A stretch of 59,435 nucleotides of DNA, counting the filler, from Stramenopiles sp. TOSAG23-6 (lineage: Eukaryota), in assembly GCA_900128565.1 (NCBI GenBank). It is 3 parts of 3 records of this genome, joined end to end, with 100 filler letters (N's around TTAATTAATTAA, not from the genome) between each part and the next. Parts side by side here need not be neighbours in the genome. Positions count along the whole stretch, not along the records: positions 1 to 19,788 come from LT636046.1; positions 19,889 to 39,652 come from LT636047.1; 1 more part is not named here. One strand, written 5' to 3'. This document shows, in pieces, positions 13,001-21,162 of this stretch. Positions within the stretch are counted from its first letter, which is position 1. The number at the start of each line of letters is the position of its first letter. The notes under the pieces were generated by a model. The model had not been told where the DNA came from and did no database searches. It saw only the letters and a list, made by a program, of their open reading frames with translations. A program made the position numbers and the translations under genes.

Positions 13001-16000
13001 TTGTTTGCGATAATATTTCTAATAATTCATCATTAGATAAGAAGTAAAATCGTGGAAATGCCGAACGTTTTGTCTCTAAATATGCTTCCAAAGACTTTTG
13101 GATATCTTCCAGAGAGGCATTACAACGTCGTAATAATTGCAATGTCCGCGGTCCCTCTGCTATACCATCAATTACCTTGGGATACTTTTCTGTACGTCTC
13201 ATTAATCCTTGAAATTCTTTGTCAGTTTGAAAGAATTTTTTACTCTCTGCGGGAAGTTGCTTTTGTATATCTTCAGCTGAAAATATAGTTTCCAGATACA
13301 TCCATTGTTTCTGACACATTACCCATTCATCTAATGTATCACTTAATAAATTCAACTTCTTATACCATGTTTCAATCTGCATTTTGACTGCCGCAATATA
13401 CCTTGATCCAAGCATAGTTTGTAACGTAACTTGATTGTCTTCAAGGAGCTGAAATACTTCCTCTAACGAGCCCAAGATAAAGACATTGTTTTGATCGCGA
13501 TAGTTAATCAGAGTGAATAATGTTTCTGCCCAGGTCTGTACGATAACTTGAAGTGCATCTTCTAATTGTGCTTCTCCACTAGCTCGACCACTTTCTCTCT
13601 CAATTACTTCCAGTTGTTCTGGTGCAAATATACCACATTTTTGTAAATCAGTCAAAGTAAATGATTCCATCATACCTTGGTATTCGATAGCTTTAAATAT
13701 CTCTTGCCAATGTCGGTCTAACATTCGTGGGTTGCCTAAAAGCAAAATAACAGGCATAAGTTGTTGAAAATCTTCCAATTGTTTCTTCAGTTTTGAACTA
13801 ACTAAATTTCCTAGCTGTTTTTCGAATGAATAAGATTCTTTGAATATTCGTGTTACCTTTTGGTCTAGTTCATCTACGTTTACATCAGTTGTGAAAGTGT
13901 CATTCATTGCATGGACAAATAAGCCATGCCATTTCTCCCTCAAATCCCAAAGATTACGTCGTTGTTTGTAGTTGTTTACTATAGTATCAATACTACTAAA
14001 ATCAAATTCAGTAACATCTTCCTGATCTTCATCTTCAGTATCACCCCCATCATCATTATTTGGCACTAAATCTCCATTTGTTTGACTTGTCATTAATCGT
14101 GAGTAATGTTTTAAATTAGAAGATTCATCTTGAATAGAAGTTATTGCTCGACTTATTATATCTAATTCTTTTGAAACGACTTCAAACTCACCATTGGGAT
14201 CTTCAACACATCCTCCAAGTAATCTTTTATTTAATATTTCAGACTTTTGGACAATACGAGAAATCTGTCCCTCTAATGCAAGTTTCATTGGAGACATTTG
14301 ATCATTTGTGAACTTTTCTGAATCAGATGTAACATCAGTGTATTGTCCTTCTACTTTACGAAGTTCATCCAATACAACGCTTGCATCCGCATCGATTTTG
14401 ACTTGATGATGAGCTAAGATTTGATATGTTTTTTCCAGGCTTGCAGTGGTTTTCATCAATAAATTTGCTTCTACATGACTTGAGGCACATTTCTCGATAT
14501 AGTTTGCAAAATCTTTTAATGTCTGTGGCTCCATTTGTAAAGTACCAACACATGAACTAAATCTTTTTAGAGTTTCACTACACTGATCTCTGGCAATTTC
14601 TTGTAACACATCAGTGAGTTTTAACATAACATCTTCTAACGCAGGAGCAAGATTCTTTTTTAGTTCGCGACTTTCGATATATAAAATCCCACAAACGTGT
14701 TGAGGTTTCATTTTTTCAAGTTCCAAATTCCAGGTGGACACCATACTAAGAAATTCCGTTATACTTTGTAAAGCCAATGGATTTTGCTTAGCAGCATCTG
14801 CATCGGGAAAAATGATGCCTACCGATTTTGCGAGAAAGACGGGTTTTATAACATCAAACGTAGATGTATAATTTTGAGCATTTTTGAAATCATACTCTAC
14901 CTTTTTCACGATTTCTTCGACTGCTTTACGAAATCTGGGATTTTGTCGAAGTAAACTTTGTAGATCAACGGCTGATCCTGTCATACATTCTTGTGCATGC
15001 GACTTAAAAGGATTAGAAAAGACGACACGTGGAACGGAATTTACCATGGATACCATTTCAGTAATTGTTTTTTTAACCATTGTACTTAATTCTTCTTTAG
15101 TGGGTGTAAATATTGGAAATGCACCAAAGTTGTCAGTAACACCAGAGTAAGGCTTAACTTCATTAGGTTCATCACCATTTTCATCATCATTTTCATCATT
15201 ATTTTCATCACCATTTTCATCATTATTTTCATCATTATTTTCATCATTATTTTCATCATTATTTTCGTTTGCATCAGTTCCACCTTCATTATTTTCTTTA
15301 CTACTTTGCATCTGTGCCTGTATCGATAAATATTCTTCTTCAGTGTACATTTGAAAATTTGAGCTTATTTCAAAAATACCGGATCTGCGATTTTTATCAT
15401 TTAAATGTTTTAAAAACCGCTCTACAGTCACAATACTCTGCACTAGCAACTTTTGTATACAAATGTAATCGATTAAACGTATATAGCGACCAAGAATACT
15501 TAGTTCATGTCTAGCTCGTTTTTGTGCAGTAACACGCGCTTCAGCGTTTTCACGGATTTGTGTCATAGACATAAGTTTTATAGCTCGATCATCTAAATTC
15601 GTCAATTGTTCATTCTTTTCAAAAGATTTATGCGTTTTTTGTGCTTTAACACAGACACCTCGTAGTATTGCATATGCAATCTCTGTGATACTTTCAAACT
15701 GTTTTACAGAACTAGCACGAACGTCTTCTTGTAGCTCGGCAAAACTGTTGGAGTGTAAAGCTTTAACTTTTGCTTCACCAATTAAATTCAAGTCTTCAAT
15801 GCCCACCAAAGCTTTATTAATGTCAAGTAGAGGAACACAGAAAGTTTCGTTGGCTAAAAAGAGTTTATCTTCCAGCTTCTTACGTTTAGCGCAGTATATA
15901 TTATATCGAACATTTTCACACCATCGGCGGAAAGTTTTAGCAGCAAAATAAAGTCGGAAAAATTTAATGGATGAAATCACATTAAAAATTGTTGAGTGGC

Positions 16001-16622
16001 GCATAAACTCAGCTAATGGAACAAATTCTGATGGCTCACCATGTTGTACATGTACAACACCTTCTTCCGACATTGTATAATGATCTAACGTATTTATATT
16101 CTTCGCTTCTACTACAGTTAAGTCATACGGTCGAAATTTATGTCCAACGTCAGTTCGATTTAAATGAAGAAACTTTGTTGGATGAGTGTTAGAACAGTTT
16201 TGAGCAAAAAATGCAATACTGTCAATTCCGCTCATACCCGGAACGATCACTCTTTGGTTTAAAAACTTTGCGTCTTCATCCTTTTTAGCTTCATCTTCAT
16301 TCTCTGGTAATATGGATAGTGTTGTGTGGGGAGTTTTTCCTGTAACACGCGGTGACCTGTCAGCATCATTATTACTCTCAAACTTTACGGCCAGAGGGTC
16401 TGCTTTCACAGCTGCAGCCGAAGCATAACCAGAGGTAAGTATCTTTGAATTATTCTTTCTAACAGGTAGAGAAAAATTACCGTTAGTCGTAGATGAATTA
16501 TCGAATGAAAAAAGTGAACTTTTAGACGATGAAAAACCATTTACTCTTGTTTTTTTCCTGCCATTTAGTTTACTTTTATTTCTCACATGTTTATCTTTTG
16601 AATACTGTCTATTTGAAGACAT
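4092..16622 (-). CDS. Axonemal inner-arm dynein heavy chain (DNAH6-like); intronless
   Basis: FPRFYFLSNDELLEILS; P-loops GPAGTGKTET, GQTGSGKT, GLTGVGKS, GVGGSGRKS; stalk coiled coil with microtubule-binding domain; C-terminal HWVRRGVALLC. First ATG is at 16622 (the ORF track starts at a TTG). Confidence 0.95.
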   Translation of the reverse strand: MSSNRQYSKDKHVRNKSKLNGRKKTRVNGFSSSKSSLFSFDNSSTTNGNFSLPVRKNNSKILTSGYASAAAVKADPLAVKFESNNDADRSPRVTGKTPHTTLSILPENEDEAKKDEDAKFLNQRVIVPGMSGIDSIAFFAQNCSNTHPTKFLHLNRTDVGHKFRPYDLTVVEAKNINTLDHYTMSEEGVVHVQHGEPSEFVPLAEFMRHSTIFNVISSIKFFRLYFAAKTFRRWCENVRYNIYCAKRKKLEDKLFLANETFCVPLLDINKALVGIEDLNLIGEAKVKALHSNSFAELQEDVRASSVKQFESITEIAYAILRGVCVKAQKTHKSFEKNEQLTNLDDRAIKLMSMTQIRENAEARVTAQKRARHELSILGRYIRLIDYICIQKLLVQSIVTVERFLKHLNDKNRRSGIFEISSNFQMYTEEEYLSIQAQMQSSKENNEGGTDANENNDENNDENNDENNDENGDENNDENDDENGDEPNEVKPYSGVTDNFGAFPIFTPTKEELSTMVKKTITEMVSMVNSVPRVVFSNPFKSHAQECMTGSAVDLQSLLRQNPRFRKAVEEIVKKVEYDFKNAQNYTSTFDVIKPVFLAKSVGIIFPDADAAKQNPLALQSITEFLSMVSTWNLELEKMKPQHVCGILYIESRELKKNLAPALEDVMLKLTDVLQEIARDQCSETLKRFSSCVGTLQMEPQTLKDFANYIEKCASSHVEANLLMKTTASLEKTYQILAHHQVKIDADASVVLDELRKVEGQYTDVTSDSEKFTNDQMSPMKLALEGQISRIVQKSEILNKRLLGGCVEDPNGEFEVVSKELDIISRAITSIQDESSNLKHYSRLMTSQTNGDLVPNNDDGGDTEDEDQEDVTEFDFSSIDTIVNNYKQRRNLWDLREKWHGLFVHAMNDTFTTDVNVDELDQKVTRIFKESYSFEKQLGNLVSSKLKKQLEDFQQLMPVILLLGNPRMLDRHWQEIFKAIEYQGMMESFTLTDLQKCGIFAPEQLEVIERESGRASGEAQLEDALQVIVQTWAETLFTLINYRDQNNVFILGSLEEVFQLLEDNQVTLQTMLGSRYIAAVKMQIETWYKKLNLLSDTLDEWVMCQKQWMYLETIFSAEDIQKQLPAESKKFFQTDKEFQGLMRRTEKYPKVIDGIAEGPRTLQLLRRCNASLEDIQKSLEAYLETKRSAFPRFYFLSNDELLEILSQTRDPKAVQPHLCKCFDAMARLDFQNGTEMHAMVSDGAGEVVTFSDVVMAEGAVEFWLLDIEKMMRKTLYDIAKDAIAKYPSYEEAIERDTWLKAYPAQIVLVVDQIFWARNCFKAIKDVEAGVDQKAVSKFLEYTVRQINFMVTMVRGNLNKNQRIMMGALTVMDVHAREVLKNMVKKDICSVTDFEWTKQLRMYWDSEIDNCVIRQTNTRFVYAYEYLGNGMRLVITPLTDIIYMTLTGAVHLSFGGAPAGPAGTGKTETVKDLAKALAIQCVVFNCSDQLDFRIMGRFFSGLVQSGAWSCFDEFNRINIEVLSVIAQQIITIQHAILAEKPVFEFEGKMVKRASNFGVFITMNPGYAGRTELPDNLNALFRPVACMVPDYRMIAEIMLFAQGFGDAFRLSNKMAQLYKLSSEQLSKQDHYDFGMRAVKSVLVAAGKLKRKEPDTDENLLLIRAMRDSNLPKFLERDVPLFNGIIKDLFPGIDVPYVDYGSLQRAIESQSKLANFVPLPSFIAKVIQIHETQTVRHGMMVVGQTGSGKTAAIHMLAKGLGELFDAGIVDDMYKQVDLYTLNPKSITAGELYGQFNELTGEWSDGLVPKMVRQACRDVSDGHRKWAVFDGPVDTLWIENMNTVLDDNKTLCLANSERIKLAPSLHMMFEVEDLKVASPATVSRCGMVFMEQQHIGHMSLISRWKMKGPLGNRPKKSMKSNEMNENDHEQKTGLSLESEVDPNEPFETHIDFLCDLMNKYADKMLDFMYEFCKMGIFGSRMNMIQSLLNITTSVLKDNQQKLSEMVPGSAEVENALLHIFVFAIYWSIGGNTDDKTRPKFNEFAKTELIDKLFSSGSSSCVDNGYDFSPNLVSANGSHAMQWLSWKEQTKEYVFDIATPYFDIVVPTTDTTRYRWLLNTLVCNENHALIMGLTGVGKSMVIQSLFNDLVATGKFTSATANYSAQTTPKNLVSLFESKLEKKRKTLLGPPFGKSMLFFIDDLNMPQLEEYGAQPPNELLRQVMDGSFCDIKKLFFKNVEGCTFASACAPPGGGRADVTARLTRRFNLIWMTDLSEASMVTIVNAILEGFLGIVSPSLVEFSSKISLASVEVYSSIKEALLPTPQKSHYTFNLRDLSKVFQGILMSSKEVFSTESGLLRLWCHEESRVFRDRLVDENDRGWFNKKIGEMLLKYADTEWEISAFSKLIFGDFETAGTGQDDERRVVPYVEVENNNDKLGNLFTEYLEEYNITFPTTMSLVFFEDAILHLARISRILRQPRGNALLVGVGGSGRKSLTRLATFVAQYKCISIEITRGYGFTEWREDIKTLLMTAGADNKQVVFLYSDTQVVMESCLEDVNNILNSGEVPNIFELDEIEMILTKVEKMCKDQDIEATTTDAKMAHFVNCVRENLHIVFCASPIGSSFRTRCRMFPSLVNCCTIDWFSAWPADALFSVANFFLQKKGNELNINNVVESLCRMAVKIHRSVETNTGKYLAEEGRYNYTTPTSYLELISLYTTKLGEASEKVTNAVSRYQLGLNKIEYAEGIVSELQKELKILQPKLAKAEKDTNELLVQLKKDQVVAAEKKAKCEIEEAAAAKEAAKVKTLKDGVQADLDEALPAYYEAIKSLDALDKKSLQEVKSFANPPMLVGVTLEAVCVLMGKKPEWSEGKKLLGQMDFLQQLKNYDKDNIKKKTIKKLNKYINREDFTAKDVSNTSKAAACLCMWVLAMHTYDRVAKQIGPKREALKKAEEELEVVMNELRAKQASLKDVMDKLKELQSMFESSLAKKAQLQKDSELTKARLGRAVELTGGLGGEKGRWGEKLKILEKDLKNLIGNMMISAGCIAYIGPFTLAFRKQMVSEWVNAAKDIGIPVDPNFDLIRILADPVEVRQWGIMGLPADNFSIMNGLFVTQGRRWPLMIDPQAQANIWVKRMFKNDLKVIKLSEANFLRTLENGIRYGSPVLLENVEEELDPGLEPVLLKQTFKKGGQILLRLGDSDIPYSPEFRFFITTKLANPHYMPEICIKVTIINFTVTPIGLEDQLLVDVVRNERPDLEEKKDELVLAISACKADLQNIEDKILKLLSESKGNILDDQILIDSLRSSKITSDKINKTLASAEKTQEEISLTRETYRNVATRGSVLYFVIASLATVDPMYQYSLQYFKALYNKRIRESEPSEILEERLSILIKDITWSMYVGVCQGLFEKDKLTYAFVMAVRIAQQLGEISDEEWKALLVGAPANQPAEEANPFPEKGPKWLTHKMWTEMVRLGATIPAFDANGDGQIDDDDSFARSLIGENETAEFWNKYVTEIENPHEIDLCSPWNEKFSRFQKIIILRTLRPEKLVFAMMEFVGVTLGKEFRTSPPFNLDIAYDSSDCKMPLIFILSRGADVMDVLLNLAKSKGKDGPDNLKIVSLGQGQGPIAESLMESGRDAGNWVCLQNCHLSVSWLPRLAELLEGYAASEDCHEDYRLWLTSSPTPDFPVPVLQNGVKITNEPPKGLRMNLRRVFLDMTEDEFEGCTKIKSWKKLLFATAFYNAICLERRKFGAIGWNIPYGWMNSDFKTAVMQLKRYLEEQEKIPYETLNVCVGVVTIGGRITDDWDKRANVNILSRYYCPDVMNDSYKFSDSGHYFSPPIGTLQDTRNYIENLPQMELPEAYGLHQNAAITFQHKETRGITKTLVIMEGGGSGGGGSNDSVQATVIGIADDVLNRLPEPFDIRNANADTVAVIEDGSMNSMGVFLLQEVSRFNDLILVVNKSLILLKKAIKGLVVMSGELEKMFQCFLFQKVPVSWEEAAYPSLKPLESWIKDFFERLKFTKLWLENGPPASFWLSGFYFPQGFMTAVLQTHSRKTKIAVDTLTFRTDVSNISYKDITPEMKNIGVYIHGLYMQGARFDITTMNMTESKKAELFFEMPAIQLIPTTFTEYERITIQAYRCPVYKTSVRAGTLSTTGHSTNFVVPLDIPSEVPQSHWVRRGVALLCMLDD
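15172..15270 (-). repeat. 12-bp coding tandem repeat (NNDE/NGDE) inserted in the dynein tail
   Basis: (TTTTCATCATTA)n-like units encoding ENNDENNDENNDENNDENGDE. Confidence 0.85.
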
Positions 16623-16986
16623 TGTATACAAACAAATAACCTTGTTTTTGTATTATATTTTCAATGAGGGAATCGTTGTCTTTGTATTAGATCAGAAAAT
16701 CTCAGTTTGTCGTCAATGAAATGAACAACTTGTATAAGTATATATAAAAGGAGATCTTTACTCGAATTGTAGATATAGTAGTATATATGTAACCGTAGTC
16801 ACAAACACGAAATCCGTACAATTTTTCATAAACAAAATGACAACGGCATTGTAACTGCTTATATATAGCTTGTTTTCTGGAAACTTCTAAACTCAATTAA
16901 ATTAGGTTGAATTGACAAGTTCAATTACATAAATACAATTGAATCGAATAGTACGAAAGCTCAAAAGTCTGATCTTTAAGATCAAA

Positions 16987-18705
16987 ATGCACATCTATCG
17001 CGTAATTATTTCGACCTTGATACTCGGTTTCATGACACCTGTCAAAACGTCAACAAGTGGTTGCGACAGTAATCATATAGACCTAGTAAGTGGTAACAAT
17101 AGTTGCTGTACAACAAGTAATTTGTGTGATATTGGAGAAGGAGATTGTGATACAGATTCAGAGTGTAAACCAGGCTTATTATGTGGAGTAGGTAATTGTA
17201 GTTGGGACGAACGCGACCCTAATGATGGTTGTTGTATGTCAACTACAGTAACAACTATCATGGAAACGAGTCGGAATGATGACCTGGACGCTTGTGGTAT
17301 TTCCACCACCACAACTTCAAAAGCAGGCAAACAAGAATCATGCTATCAAAATGTTTATCTCTGCGACGCAGGTGATCATGGACAAGACGAGGCTTTCTGT
17401 GAAGTTGGCGATGACATGGATCAAATCAGAGCTTGTTTCGTGAATAGATGCGTTCCGCCAACCGATAAGTATTGCTCTGCATGGAATAGTATTTATGCTG
17501 AGTTAACAGATGGAACTAGCGTACCATCATGGAGTGGCGAAGGAACTGGAAGTATAGACATGACGATCAAATGCACTTTTCTTGGTCGAAAAGAATTAAA
17601 GTTAAGTCCAGATATTTCAAAACTTGTACAAACAAGGCTTCCAGAGGCTGCCTCAGGTACATTTCTTACTGATATAAATGCAGGTTTAACTACAGATGTT
17701 GATAACCTACACACTTCTCTTTTAATGATTGAACATGGATGGCATCCTCAAGTTGCCAATCTTGCTGTAGGATTGGATGTATACAACGATGTAACTTTCA
17801 CAACAACAAATACAGTTGCGGATGAATTTAAAAATGCTTTACATTCAGCTTGGTCTTATGTAGGTTTTCATACTGAATTTCAAATTTAATTTTTTTTCGT
17901 ACGAAATATTGTACCTAACGATTGTTTTTTGAAATATTTTTTCATAATGCATCCACTCGCTGATATCTCAATTACCTCAGTTACTAACTTTGATGTGACC
18001 TCCGGTGTCGGGGTAATGGCAAATTTTACAATAAATTTGCCCCCACCGATATCATGCACGGATATGACATTTGCAACAATGAAGCCTGGAGTTGTTGTTG
18101 AAAAAGATGTAGAAAAAATTGGCGATGGTTCTTATCATAGGACGAAAGCTTTTGATAACGATAGAAGTACATGTTTGTTTTATTTTTTTTCAAATTCGTT
18201 TTGTTTTCGTACGAAATTTTGTACCTAACGATTTATTTTTGAAATATTTTTCCAAAACACATTTTGGCGATGGTACTTTACTACACCAGATAGTAATAAT
18301 AGTTGGTTAAAATATGATTTTGAACGCCGAGAAATTATAACAAAGTATTCTGTAATAGCTGATGGTATTGGTTACCCCACTGCATGGACTTTATCAGGCT
18401 CGAATAATAATAGTACTTTTGTTGACTTAAATACTCAAAGCTCACAATATTTTTATGGTATAGATAGAAAATTGACTTATTCTTTTAGTAATACAGAAGC
18501 TTACAGGTGGTATAAACTACTAATAACTGGTATGAATGCCGATTCAATGACTGATAAGTGGCTTGCTATTCGAGAGGTAAAGCTATTTAGATGCGAACAG
18601 ACAGGTTTGTTATCAAATATACCTTGCACTGGTAGTGGACCAGCACATAAACGGCCACATTGTATGTCGGATGCAACAGGCGTACATTCCGAACCATTTC
18701 GTTGA
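16987..18705 (+). CDS. Secreted Cys-rich protein with a C-terminal F5/8 type C (discoidin/CBM32-like) domain; exons 16987-17859, 17953-18172, 18263-18705
   Basis: Hydrophobic N-terminus; CCT..NLCDIGEGDCDTDSECKPGLLCG..NC motif. After splicing it reads AFDNDRSTFW...WLKYDF...YPTAWTLSGSN...AYRWYKLLIT...LAIREVKLF. Confidence 0.75.
17860..17952 (+). other. GT-AT intron (93 nt)
   Basis: tat|GTAGGTTTTCA...CGTACGAAATATTGTACCTAACG...TTGAAATATTTTTTCATAATGCAT|cca; phase 0; removes an in-frame TAA. Confidence 0.7.
18173..18262 (+). other. GT-AT intron (90 nt)
   Basis: t|GTTTGTTTT...CGTACGAAATTTTGTACCTAACG...TTGAAATATTTTTCCAAAACACAT|tt; yields STFW, keeping the F5/8C Trp. Confidence 0.75.
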
Positions 18706-18771
18706 TTAGTAAATAAAAGGTTAATTCATTTTTTTCATTATTATCTTTGTCTTTATTTTTTTAGTTTTGTT

Positions 18772-19785
18772 TCATACACCATTATGTAAAATTTGAAGAT
18801 TACTACGTAGACTAAAAATTAATTTATTAGCACTAACCCTATCGCGCATACGAAACATGCTATATATAGAATCTTTCATCGCATTTTGTCGTTTTATTCC
18901 ATTATCATTCTCATGAATAGTAGTATCAAGACGTCTATAGTGAATGTACAAAAGTGCTGGAACCTTTTTACTATATGTTAACTTCTTCAATTGTGTTAGA
19001 TGGTGATTCGATTGAACAGAGCAATGTAAAGTATCATTATTATTATTATTATTATCAGTATCTGGGGTTGCAACCGATGAAAGCACTAAAATTCTATTAG
19101 GTGTTAATACAATGATCTTTTCGTTGTTTATACTTTGATGTTGGCATAACATTGTAGCATCCTTTGATCTCGTTTCACTATTCATATCATTCATTTGTTT
19201 TGAATATATTTCAATACAAGTAAATATTTTGGAATTTGGAATAGAAGATACCCATCTTGTCACACCATCTTTGTCTATCTTTTTATATAGAATCATTTCT
19301 GAACCATTACATAAACCAGATAACTTCAACTTTGCCAAAGCTTGACGAGATCGTTCATCTTTTGTCATTACGCTAGATACATATTTCTGGGCTTTGTTTG
19401 ATGCTATTTTAGCCTTTTGACTGACAAGAATAGCTTGTGATGCACTTGAAGCCAAAGCATATTGAAGAGGACTCATTGGCTGACTTGTACCAATATTTGC
19501 AACGTGTTTACCATATGCCGTTGCCGTTGCCTTGAGTCCAACGGCAGCTTTGCGTGCCCAATGATTAAAACTACTTCCCCAACCAGTCTTATTTTTATTA
19601 CTACTATTAGCAGTAGGTGATATTCTTTTACTGTTAGTTTTACATTTCCCTTCATTACTTTTATTCTTATTATCTTCATTACTATATTCAAAACCACACA
19701 TTTCCGCAAGTTTCGGATTCTTTTGTAAAAGAGAAATACAAGCTTTCACACCACCAGACATAACAGAAACATATTTAAATTTCAA
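18772..19785 (-). CDS. TBC1D23-like protein, C-terminal fragment (end of rhodanese-like domain plus C-terminal PH-like domain); 5'-truncated at the contig end
   Basis: KYVSVMSGG resembles the TBC1D23 YVS..SGG motif; HHLTQLKKLTYSKKVPALLYIHY resembles its C-terminal KITSKKK.PELITF motif. Confidence 0.5.
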   Translation of the reverse strand: MKFKYVSVMSGGVKACISLLQKNPKLAEMCGFEYSNEDNKNKSNEGKCKTNSKRISPTANSSNKNKTGWGSSFNHWARKAAVGLKATATAYGKHVANIGTSQPMSPLQYALASSASQAILVSQKAKIASNKAQKYVSSVMTKDERSRQALAKLKLSGLCNGSEMILYKKIDKDGVTRWVSSIPNSKIFTCIEIYSKQMNDMNSETRSKDATMLCQHQSINNEKIIVLTPNRILVLSSVATPDTDNNNNNNDTLHCSVQSNHHLTQLKKLTYSKKVPALLYIHYRRLDTTIHENDNGIKRQNAMKDSIYSMFRMRDRVSANKLIFSLRSNLQILHNGV

Positions 19786-19788
19786 AAC

Positions 19789-19888
19789 NNNNNNNNNNNN
19801 NNNNNNNNNNNNNNNNNNNNNNNNNNNNNNNNTTAATTAATTAANNNNNNNNNNNNNNNNNNNNNNNNNNNNNNNNNNNNNNNNNNNN
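19789..19888. other. Artificial contig spacer (N44-TTAATTAATTAA-N44)
   Basis: 100-nt N block containing a six-frame stop linker. Confidence 0.98.
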
Positions 19889-19923
19889 GAGTGCTGACAA
19901 AATTTATTGTATTAATATCAAGG

Positions 19924-20838
19924 ATGACTACAATTGTTACATTAAAAAATGGTATTCTAATGGATAAAGATAAATTGATGCACCATGAAACTATGTTTGT
20001 GGTGAACGACTCGAGACTGCAGGTGAGGATGCTACTGTGCTGCTCTCGTGGAAAAACAAATAATCAGGACACCTTTAAAAAACAAAAGGTTACCCAAATT
20101 TTGAGAGATGCTGAAGCCAGGAGAAATATGTATTGGAATGGAGGTGGTGATGTATGGCGTAATATCAAATCGTTTTTGTCAGAAGTTGTGACTTATTTTG
20201 AAAAGGAAGCCTTCAGAGGCATGTCACTAAAATCAATTATAATCCCAAATAGTGTGACTAGTATTGGTGATAAGGCTTTTTGTGACTGTAAATCATTAAA
20301 TTCTATAACAATTCCAAATAGTGTGACTAGTATTGGTAATCATGCTTTCTGTAAATGTGAATCATTAAATTCTATAACAATTTCAAATAGTGTGACTAGT
20401 ATTGGTAAACATGCCTTCAGTTTTTGTTCTTCACTAAAATCAATAACAATTCCAAATAGTGTGACTAGTATTGGTGTTTATGCTTTCTGTAGATGTGAAT
20501 CACTAAATTCTATAACAATTTCAAATAGTGTGACTAGTATTGGTAATAGTGCTTTCAGTGGATGTGAATCATTAAATTCTATAACAATTCCAAATAGTGT
20601 GACTAGTATTGGTGATTATGCTTTCTGTAACTGTTTATCACTAAATTCTATAACAATTCCAAATTGTGTAACTAGTATTGGTATTAAGGCTTTCTATGGA
20701 TGTGAATCATTAAATTCTATAACAATTCCAAATAGTGTAACTAGTATTCATGAGCGTGCTTTCTATGGATGTAATGCATTAATTGTTACAACACCAGCTG
20801 GATTAATTACAGAGGAATTGACAACAGAAGACAACTAA
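19924..20838 (+). CDS. BspA-type leucine-rich repeat (LRR_5) protein
   Basis: About 8 repeats of SLxSITIPNSVTSIGxxAFxxC (23 aa, 69-bp DNA units at ~20226-20780). Confidence 0.9.
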   Translation: MTTIVTLKNGILMDKDKLMHHETMFVVNDSRLQVRMLLCCSRGKTNNQDTFKKQKVTQILRDAEARRNMYWNGGGDVWRNIKSFLSEVVTYFEKEAFRGMSLKSIIIPNSVTSIGDKAFCDCKSLNSITIPNSVTSIGNHAFCKCESLNSITISNSVTSIGKHAFSFCSSLKSITIPNSVTSIGVYAFCRCESLNSITISNSVTSIGNSAFSGCESLNSITIPNSVTSIGDYAFCNCLSLNSITIPNCVTSIGIKAFYGCESLNSITIPNSVTSIHERAFYGCNALIVTTPAGLITEELTTEDN

Positions 20839-21162
20839 AATCAAAAGTTAAAGTCAATAGCAAACTACATTATTACATTTGTATTGTTTTATTCTTGGTT
20901 TCCACTCATCTAGTACATGTTATATGCAATAAAATTAAAATTATTTCATCAATTATACCCATTATTAGCATACATCAATAGCGTAACCCTAGTCATTGAT
21001 CAAAATGTTTGAAATAATTTGTAAATATTTTTATTCAAAAACACAAAAACGATTGAAATAATTTATAAATATTTTAGTCAAACACACACTTATATACAAA
21101 ATTGAATTTATTATAATAGAAAATCCTTCTCTCTCTATTTCTTTCACCCAGTATTACAACAA

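Noticed and set aside
4750-15951. Many plus-strand ORFs overlapping the dynein gene
   Set aside because: They are antisense shadow ORFs with no recognisable motifs.
17858-17950. Reading the introns as U12-type AT-AC by shifting 2 nt left
   Set aside because: There is no ATATCCTT donor, the shifted ends are inconsistent (GC, AA, TC, CC), and the shift creates a TAG at the 48794 intron.
19768-19788. Possible AT acceptor at the contig-1 end (AAATAT|GTT, minus strand)
   Set aside because: FKYVS fits the coding motif and no cassette is visible.
19789-19888. TTAATTAATTAA as a biological motif, or linkage between the three blocks
   Set aside because: It is a synthetic spacer between size-sorted contigs.
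20226-20780. Regular repeats resembling a CRISPR array
   Set aside because: They are in-frame 69-bp LRR_5 coding units in a eukaryotic gene.
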